A model generated the notes under the pieces. The model saw only the letters and a program-made list of their open reading frames with translations, was not told the DNA's origin and searched no databases. Position numbers and translations under genes: made by a program. From Bryobacteraceae bacterium (GTDB taxonomy: Bacteria; Acidobacteriota; Terriglobia; Bryobacterales; Bryobacteraceae): a stretch of 64,000 nucleotides of DNA. Shown in pieces: positions 57,177 through 64,000 of the stretch. How positions within the stretch are numbered: position 1 is the stretch's first letter; each line of letters begins with the position of its first letter. Location of the stretch: NCBI GenBank assembly GCA_035652115.1, contig DASREJ010000239.1, positions 21,087-85,086 on the forward strand, in the 5' to 3' direction.

Positions 57177-60100
57177 TTAGAAATCCAACCGCAAGCCCAT
57201 CTCGATCCAACGTGCGGAATTGCTGCGGTTCGGTGGCGTGAACGTGCTCGTAATCACGCCGAAAGTTGCCGGGCTGGTGAAAGTCAGGGCCGGGTTCGCA
57301 AAATTGTCGTGATTGAAAATATTGAAGAAATCTGCGGAATAGCCCAGCTTGAACCGTTCCGTAATGTTGGTCGTTTTTCCCACTCGTAGATCCAGGTTCC
57401 AGAAAGGCAAACCGTACATCGGGTTTGCGCTGCCAGTGCGTCCGTCTGTCGAAAGCTGGATATACCCAAAGTCGCAGTAAGCTGCTGCCGGATTGGCAAA
57501 AATATCCTGTCCGGTTCCCGAAACCGAGGTTGCCACAGCGGAATTCGCGATTCCGTTGCTGCACGTTCCCGATGACACACCGCGGTTCAGTCCCGTTGAG
57601 GGGAGCGGTCCGTTCGGAACCATAAAATCGTTCGCGCCGATCACCGATGTTCCGCCGCCCCAGACTTGGCTGCCCTCCAGCACGCGAACCGGTACTCCGG
57701 TCCAGGCCGAAAAGATACCGGAAGCATACCAGCCGCCGATGATGTGGTTGACCAGGGAATTACCGTGCACTAAGTGGCCATTGCCAGCGGGAAGGTCGTA
57801 TTGCGAAATGATGTTCACAACGTGCCGCCGGTCATAGGAGGAAGGCCCATACTGCACGCTCGGATTAAAGCTATTGGAAAAGAATCCTGCATTGTTCTGG
57901 TTCGACAATCCATCGTCTAGCGCCTTGGAGTAAGTGTAGTTGCCGATAATCGTGAACCCATGCGAAAGCCGTTTCGTAAGGGTTAGAACGCCGGCATTGT
58001 AGTTGCCGTAACCAATATACGTGCGCAGGAATTCCACTTGAGCTTGATCGCTGTCATACGCCTGCAAGCCTAGGCCGCGCCGATAGGTATCCATATTGAG
58101 GAACAGACTGCCCACGCTGCCTTGCGTAAAGAAGGCCGAGTTCTTTCCCGCGACATACGCTGTCGCGCTGGCAGTCCCTTGTTGTGCGGCAAGTCCCGGA
58201 AACTGGTTCTCAAACCAGGGCTGCACCGGCACAGAGCGGCCCGAGCGTAGCGCATTTGCCACCGCATCATAATCCTGCGCAAAAGACTGTCCTGAAGCCT
58301 TGTCCACGAACATGTAGGGCACCGAATTAACATTTACTGCTTGCGGCAGGTCACGCGACATCCGGCCGACGTACGCTGCTTCCATGAGGATGCCGCCCGG
58401 AAGTTCACGCTGGAAACTGAAGTCGATGTTGTAGCTGCGCCCAGTCTTGGCGGCAGGATCTACCTGGAACGAAAGTGTCTCCGCCCCTACGCCGGGAACA
58501 ATCGGCGAAGTAGCTGCCGTCGCGGTTGGCAGTGGCAGCGTGCCGTCGATGCCTACGCGGAAACTCGACAAACCTGGATTCGCGTTGCCCGCCGCCGCGT
58601 TGCAGCCCGCTCCCCCAGCACCCGTGGCGGTGCACAGTGGAGCCGGCACAATCGCGTTCTGGTCGAAGCCGATGCCGAGCATGGGAATCTCGACGCTCTG
58701 CACGGTATTCGAGCGGTCATACACCATCGCGAATCCGCCCCGGATCACCGATTTTTTGTCACCCAGCAACTTGCCTAGAAATCCGCTGGTTGCTGACGGA
58801 TTCCATGCCATCGCCACGCGCGGCGCTATGGCGCCGTAGTCGGGGTGGTAGACAGGAAGGTGCGATGAGCCAACCGTCGCAAATCCAAACGTCGGGTTAT
58901 AAATCTGTCCCTGCAGCGCGAAGTTTTCTTTCTGCTGCATAAACAATCCTGTGATCGGTTGTCCCGTAGACGCATCGATCATGACCGTCTGCAGATTGTG
59001 CTGCTCAGTCGGTGAAGTCTGCCATCCATACGACAAGCCATAATACAGAGTTAAATTCGGCTTGATGCGCCAGGAATCCTGTGCATAAAAATAAGGTGCC
59101 CACTGATTCGTCACGTCCCGTAAGGGTGTCCCGAAAGGCTGAGGCTGCAGATTGTTGTTGCGTACCGCAAGCACGCTGACGTTATCCACCAAACCCAAAA
59201 GCGACGCGTAATAGCGATCCCAATTCGTAAGTTGACTCGAAGGAAGACAATTTGCCGTCACGGTTGACGAACAGGACGCCGGTCGGTCTGCTGCGGGAAT
59301 GGCCAGATAGGTCTGGTCCCCATCCACCTGCGCGATCAGCGATGTAATGGACCCGATCACCTTGTCCGCGCGACCATGGGTAAAAGGAAGCTGGAACAAC
59401 TGCCCGCCGAACTGAATCTGGTGTGTGCCCATGACCTTGGTCACGTCGTCGTAGATTTGCCGGCTTTGTGTCCACGATCCCTGAAAGCGTGCCCGCTGGG
59501 TATCCATATCAATTGGCGAATCGATAAAGGTGCTCACGCCGCTCCCGATCAATAACGCGATCGGCCCCGCCGACGTTTGCGTTCCCGGAATATTCAGAGT
59601 CCCGGCTGCTTGAGTGGGCGAGGCTACGTTAGCTTGTGTCGTATCTCGAATCCATCCAACCCGCGTCACATTTAACCACGTCGGTGAAATCTGCCACGTC
59701 AATTGTGCCAGCGGAACAATGGCGCGCGCCGGTGACGTCGCGATATCTTTCGGAGTTCCACCCAAAAGGGAAATTTGGGGTGTGCCCGTGTTGGCCTGAT
59801 CGATTCGGTAATAAGTGAAACTCGTATTTAACGTGAACTTCTCGTTGAAGGTATGATCCAGACGCATCACGCCGTAGTCGGTTTGAATAGGGGTCGGGGC
59901 ATTGACGAAATAGCCGCTCGTGTTTAGTCCATCGCCGACTCCTGGTAAGTTCGGCAACGGCATATCCGCAAACTGCGCTGCCACCGAGGGATTCAACCCG
60001 ATCCCGCGCGGATCCAGGCTCTTTAAATTGAATTGTTCGACTCCGGTCGGGCCTGGAATCTCAATGATGCCCTGACGCAACGTCGCAGTGGGGACTGTGC

Positions 60101-61055
60101 GGGTCGTCTGCAATACGCTGTCGAAACGTCTTGCCTCATAATTTGCGAAAAAGAAAGTCTTGTCTTTTTGAAGCGGGCCGCTTAGGCGCACACCGTAGCG
60201 GTTGTCGCGAATCGAAGCTTTCGGCTGGTGTACGCGGTTGTTATCCCATGTATTCGTATTCAGCGCCGTATTCTGCAGATATTCATACAGAGCGCCATGA
60301 AGCTCGTTGCCGCCGCGCCGTCCGATAAGCGTCACCTGCCCGCCGGAGGCGCGTGTCAAACTCGCCGTCGGATTCGCGACGTTTTCGCGGAACTCCTCCA
60401 CACTGTCGGCTGGCGTTGGAATGGAAGTGTTGGTCGCAACAATATTCTGCGTAATATCGATCCCGTCCAGCGTGACCGTATTCTGATCGTCAATCGCGCC
60501 GCTAACCCGCATGTTGAGTCCGCTTGTGCCGGATGCGCCGGAAGCCACTACTCCAGGCTGCAGATTCATTAGCTCCGTCGCATTGCGCTGCAGAGTCGGC
60601 AGGCGCAAGATGTTGTTCGTGGAAATAACGTTTCCGATTTGTGCATCCTGCGTTTGCAGTGCGGCGGCAGCCGCGGCCGTCACTTCGACAACCTGATTCT
60701 GCCCCCCAACTTCCAGTTGGACCGGCAAGTTCAAGCTCTTATTCACTTCGACGGTGCCGTTCTCGACCATCGTGCGAAAGCCGCTGGCGGTCACTGTGAC
60801 CTTGTAACTCCCGGGAGCAACGTTCGGAAACGTGAACCCGCCGTCGTTATTGGTGGTCGCGTTAGCCGTCGCGTTGGTGCCCGTATTCAGCAGTTGCACG
60901 TTCGCGTTCGGTACCGCCGCGCCGCTCGGGTCTGTAACGGTTCCGACAACAACGCCCGTTGTAGATGTTTGAGCGAGCGAAAGACTCGGGGCGACGAGGC
61001 CAACTAGAGAAACAAACAACAGACACAGCACGAGCGAACGCTTGTCGATGTCCAT
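57177..61055 (-). CDS. giant TonB-dependent receptor-like outer-membrane protein with an N-terminal CarboxypepD_reg domain
   Basis: 1292 aa with a signal peptide. GVVVGTVTDPSGAAVPNANVQLLNTGTNATANATTNNDGGFTFPNVAPGSYKVTVTASGF, followed by plug and barrel regions. The terminal aromatic residue (..GLRLDF) is present. Confidence 0.85.
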   Translation of the reverse strand: MDIDKRSLVLCLLFVSLVGLVAPSLSLAQTSTTGVVVGTVTDPSGAAVPNANVQLLNTGTNATANATTNNDGGFTFPNVAPGSYKVTVTASGFRTMVENGTVEVNKSLNLPVQLEVGGQNQVVEVTAAAAAALQTQDAQIGNVISTNNILRLPTLQRNATELMNLQPGVVASGASGTSGLNMRVSGAIDDQNTVTLDGIDITQNIVATNTSIPTPADSVEEFRENVANPTASLTRASGGQVTLIGRRGGNELHGALYEYLQNTALNTNTWDNNRVHQPKASIRDNRYGVRLSGPLQKDKTFFFANYEARRFDSVLQTTRTVPTATLRQGIIEIPGPTGVEQFNLKSLDPRGIGLNPSVAAQFADMPLPNLPGVGDGLNTSGYFVNAPTPIQTDYGVMRLDHTFNEKFTLNTSFTYYRIDQANTGTPQISLLGGTPKDIATSPARAIVPLAQLTWQISPTWLNVTRVGWIRDTTQANVASPTQAAGTLNIPGTQTSAGPIALLIGSGVSTFIDSPIDMDTQRARFQGSWTQSRQIYDDVTKVMGTHQIQFGGQLFQLPFTHGRADKVIGSITSLIAQVDGDQTYLAIPAADRPASCSSTVTANCLPSSQLTNWDRYYASLLGLVDNVSVLAVRNNNLQPQPFGTPLRDVTNQWAPYFYAQDSWRIKPNLTLYYGLSYGWQTSPTEQHNLQTVMIDASTGQPITGLFMQQKENFALQGQIYNPTFGFATVGSSHLPVYHPDYGAIAPRVAMAWNPSATSGFLGKLLGDKKSVIRGGFAMVYDRSNTVQSVEIPMLGIGFDQNAIVPAPLCTATGAGGAGCNAAAGNANPGLSSFRVGIDGTLPLPTATAATSPIVPGVGAETLSFQVDPAAKTGRSYNIDFSFQRELPGGILMEAAYVGRMSRDLPQAVNVNSVPYMFVDKASGQSFAQDYDAVANALRSGRSVPVQPWFENQFPGLAAQQGTASATAYVAGKNSAFFTQGSVGSLFLNMDTYRRGLGLQAYDSDQAQVEFLRTYIGYGNYNAGVLTLTKRLSHGFTIIGNYTYSKALDDGLSNQNNAGFFSNSFNPSVQYGPSSYDRRHVVNIISQYDLPAGNGHLVHGNSLVNHIIGGWYASGIFSAWTGVPVRVLEGSQVWGGGTSVIGANDFMVPNGPLPSTGLNRGVSSGTCSNGIANSAVATSVSGTGQDIFANPAAAYCDFGYIQLSTDGRTGSANPMYGLPFWNLDLRVGKTTNITERFKLGYSADFFNIFNHDNFANPALTFTSPATFGVITSTFTPPNRSNSARWIEMGLRLDF

Positions 61056-61161
61056 GCACTACCCCCTCGGTGGTGTTTAGCGAAGACTACCTGTTTCGAA
61101 ATACTACCACCGCGGGAGCAGATGTCAATAGACTTTCTAGGCTTCGGATGCTAACGCTTTG

Positions 61162-64000
61162 TCAAAAATTAAACTTGCCGCTGACCACCAGTACGCGACC
61201 CGACACCGCCGAGCCTTGGAAAGACCCATACATGCTCGTCGGCGGAGGGGCGGTCGAAGTAATCCGGCCAAAGGATCCGGCGGTTACGCTACCTGACGGA
61301 TTTAGGAAATTTGGATGGTTGAGCATGTTATACGCTTGCGCTCCCAACGTGAACTTTACTCTTTCATGGATAGTGAAATTCTTCAGCAGTTGCGTATCGA
61401 TATCAAAGTAACCGGGCCCATAAAACGCGCCTGGCGCCAAATTGCCGTAGTCCGTCTGTATAAAAGGATCTTTATAGCTATTCCCCGGCGCGGCAGCAAA
61501 CTGCGTGTTAGCGTAGCAGGCAGTATTGATTGTGCTCTTGCCGCAGTTCGTCGTCACGGACGGACTAACTAAGTCCGCCATTATAGTAATTCCGGTGGTG
61601 TACTTACTATTGATTTTCCCCGGGATCGCACTGTTCGTGACGGAAAATGCCGAGCCGCTGTAAAGATATAGCTTGGTTCCAACCGTCCATCCGCCTGCGA
61701 TTAGATTTAGCGCTCGATTCTGGAATTTCCACGGTGCGTTCCAAACCAGATCGCCGGTCACTTGGTGGCGTGTGTCGAATGGCAGATTGCCATAGTTTGC
61801 GTTAATGTTGCTGGGATTCACCAGCGGCGTGCCGCCGTTCACAGTCGTGAATGTGGCAGTGCCTAGAGCATGACTCCACGTGTATCCAATCTGTCCTTGG
61901 AATCCGAAGCTGAACGCGTGCCGTACTTGAGCACTCAGGCCGTCGTAATTCGAATAACCGTTTGTCAGCACCTGGTCCACGGCATAGAATCGTGGATCGA
62001 GCGGCGCAAGCGGAAGACCCCCATAGCCGTTCGGATAGCTCGCCGTGCCCGTCAGATAGAAGTTGGGCCAATAATTCGACATTGCCTCGTTGTATCCGTG
62101 GTTGCCTGCGTACGTGACGTCAAGCACGTTGTGAGCGGTTAGTGGCTGTTGAATTTCAAAGCTCCACTCCCACACCTTTGGCGCTTTAAAGAGCGAAGGC
62201 GGCGAATAGTAGCTGGGCGGTGTAAACGCTACTTTGCCCAACCCGGCCTGAATTTGCGTCAAGGTGTAACCCTGCGAGAAACCATTCTCAAATGCCTGTG
62301 CCGAAGAAATGGCCGTGTACAGCGCACTATTGGGATCGGCCGACAGTCCGACCGTGCCGGACGGAACCGTTGGCGAAAACTTGTTCGGTGAGTTGTTAAA
62401 AACATACGAAGCCACGCTTCCCGCGAACAGGTTGGCAAAAAGTCCGACGCCGCCGCGAAAAACAGTCTTACTCGGTCCGAATGGAGTCCATGCAAACCCA
62501 ACCCGCGGTTCGTAGACCATCGATTCCAAGCCCTGGTAAGCATTCGATAACCCGGTGGTGATGGTGGAATTGTATGGAACATTGGCGCCGCCCTGGTACC
62601 CCGATGTGCCGAACTGCGTGTTCATGCGCGCGAAACATTTGTCCACGCATGAAGGATTGCCGTCGCGCTCGAAACGCATGCCGTAGGTCAATTTGAACGA
62701 CTTAGTAACTGCCCACTCGTCTTGAAGGTAAAAGTTCAGCGAGTACAGCCGGATGTGCGCCGCATAGAGTAGCGGAAACGATTGGCTGAAACTGCTGGCC
62801 AACCCCTTGGAGCCATTCACCGAGGCTACCTGTCCGGCCGCGAAATCGGCAAGATCGCTAAACGCATAAGTGCCCTCGTACGCGCCGCTCGCAATGCTGG
62901 TGTCTGTAACACGGTTGTATCGATAGTTTGCGCCAAACTTCAGCGAGTGCTTGCCAAGGGACCATGACAAATCATCGATAAGTTGCGCCTGGCCCACATT
63001 TCGGCCCGTCGGAAAGCTTGCGCCGACCGTCGCGAAACCAGTGCCATTGCTTCCATTGGCGCCTCCGTCGGTAAACGTGAACCGTTCCGGCATCAGCGAC
63101 TCCGCCTTTGGGAAATCGGCAACACCAAATATCGCGCTATACCAGCTCGCACCGCCAATAAAGCTGTTCACCAGAGTAGGCGTAATCACATAGGTGTAAT
63201 TAAGTTGACCTTGATGCTGCGGTTGGGTGCTCTGGGAATTAAAGACCGGATTAATGGGACTCGCGGCCGTAGCCTGCAGGCCCCAATCGTACTCATATCG
63301 GAAATTGATCTTTTGTTTGCTGCTGATGTCCTGGTCTACCCGAGCGATCAGCAATCCTTCCGTGTTCAACTGTGAAACGTTAGTTGAAAATGCACGAGCA
63401 CAGGGAACGCTTACGCCAAAGATACCGCCTCCCGGAGCTGGTGTCCCTACAAACGAGCCCTTGCTCTGACAGCCTAAATTGCCGTTGGCATCCTGAAGAA
63501 TTCCCGGGCCGTTCGTCACGTTTTGTGCCCGGCTGATCCCGGGCGCGCTGTTATACAAATTGAATGCATCCTGGTACAGAGGCGCGGAAGCTGCCGGAAC
63601 ATGCGCCAGCACATAATTCTCAAATTGCTGCGTCGGAATAGACACCACGCCGCTGCTGGGCAGCACATAGCGCAGTCCCTCGGTATCGAAGTAGAAGAAC
63701 GTCCTGTTCTTGCCGTTGTAAACCTTAGGAATCCAAACCGGCCCTCCGATCGAACCGCCATATTGATTCGCAATCGCGATGCCTTTCGGCGTCCCCGAAA
63801 TGTTATTGAAAAAGTCGTTCGCGTTCAGGATGCGGTCGTTGTAGTTATACAGCAGATTTCCATGGAAATCATTGGTTCCCGACTTACCGATCAGGTTGAC
63901 CTGCCCGCCCGCCATGCGGCCGTATTGCGCGCTATAGGCGTTTAGCACCACCGCCGCCTCGGCGATTTCATTCTGCCCCAGTAAGTTGTTGCTCGCGCCC
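61162..64000 (-). CDS. TonB-dependent receptor-like outer-membrane protein, C-terminal part (N-terminus beyond the right edge)
   Basis: The frame stays open from 63951 to base 64000 (...GASNNLLGQNEIAEAAVVLNAYSAQYGRMAGGQVNLIGKSGTN, plug-like). The beta-barrel-like remainder ends in ..VSGKFNF. It is a paralogue of the adjacent gene. Confidence 0.8.
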   Translation of the reverse strand, partial: GASNNLLGQNEIAEAAVVLNAYSAQYGRMAGGQVNLIGKSGTNDFHGNLLYNYNDRILNANDFFNNISGTPKGIAIANQYGGSIGGPVWIPKVYNGKNRTFFYFDTEGLRYVLPSSGVVSIPTQQFENYVLAHVPAASAPLYQDAFNLYNSAPGISRAQNVTNGPGILQDANGNLGCQSKGSFVGTPAPGGGIFGVSVPCARAFSTNVSQLNTEGLLIARVDQDISSKQKINFRYEYDWGLQATAASPINPVFNSQSTQPQHQGQLNYTYVITPTLVNSFIGGASWYSAIFGVADFPKAESLMPERFTFTDGGANGSNGTGFATVGASFPTGRNVGQAQLIDDLSWSLGKHSLKFGANYRYNRVTDTSIASGAYEGTYAFSDLADFAAGQVASVNGSKGLASSFSQSFPLLYAAHIRLYSLNFYLQDEWAVTKSFKLTYGMRFERDGNPSCVDKCFARMNTQFGTSGYQGGANVPYNSTITTGLSNAYQGLESMVYEPRVGFAWTPFGPSKTVFRGGVGLFANLFAGSVASYVFNNSPNKFSPTVPSGTVGLSADPNSALYTAISSAQAFENGFSQGYTLTQIQAGLGKVAFTPPSYYSPPSLFKAPKVWEWSFEIQQPLTAHNVLDVTYAGNHGYNEAMSNYWPNFYLTGTASYPNGYGGLPLAPLDPRFYAVDQVLTNGYSNYDGLSAQVRHAFSFGFQGQIGYTWSHALGTATFTTVNGGTPLVNPSNINANYGNLPFDTRHQVTGDLVWNAPWKFQNRALNLIAGGWTVGTKLYLYSGSAFSVTNSAIPGKINSKYTTGITIMADLVSPSVTTNCGKSTINTACYANTQFAAAPGNSYKDPFIQTDYGNLAPGAFYGPGYFDIDTQLLKNFTIHERVKFTLGAQAYNMLNHPNFLNPSGSVTAGSFGRITSTAPPPTSMYGSFQGSAVSGRVLVVSGKFNF

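Noticed and set aside
1-64000. Looked for CRISPR arrays, tRNA/rRNA genes, IS elements, integrases and long direct or inverted repeats
   Set aside because: I found none by eye in the intergenic regions, which are all under 470 nt, or among the ORF translations. A computational scan (tRNAscan-SE, Infernal, ISEScan, self-dotplot) is still needed to exclude small elements.

Overview
This 64-kb chromosomal segment comes from a moderately GC-rich Gram-negative bacterium. The gene content looks acidobacterial, but that is inference only: a PadR plus duplicated FtsX-type permease pair, giant CarboxypepD_reg-type TonB-dependent receptors, an ECF sigma/anti-sigma/HEAT operon, and GH57 plus GH13 glucan enzymes. 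I support about 48 protein genes. I recognised no rRNA, tRNA, CRISPR array, transposase or integrase. Housekeeping anchors are ileS-lspA-lgt, aroA, prfB (with its programmed +1 frameshift, which the ORF track splits), tsaC/sua5, tal, murB and hslVU. There is also a TetR-controlled RND efflux operon and an Mla-like ABC/MCE operon. Many operons are defined by 1-nt or 4-nt stop/start overlaps, which I used to trim over-extended ORF-track starts. Two regions stand out. (1) 6569..15611 is a convergent six-gene island with no signal peptides and no recognisable secretion or mobile genes nearby. It encodes a 1073-aa protein with a metzincin-like zinc site, a tri-domain cell-wall-hydrolase-like protein, and unknown proteins that share a sequence module across both strands. 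I cannot match it to a described system. (2) 49911..51143 is a DUF3179-family gene interrupted by one in-frame TGA, as far as I recall exactly where the family has the first Cys of its CxxC motif. A hairpin with a GGUCU loop follows 16 nt later, making it a candidate selenoprotein (otherwise a pseudogene). All family calls come from motif recognition by eye; no searches were run.
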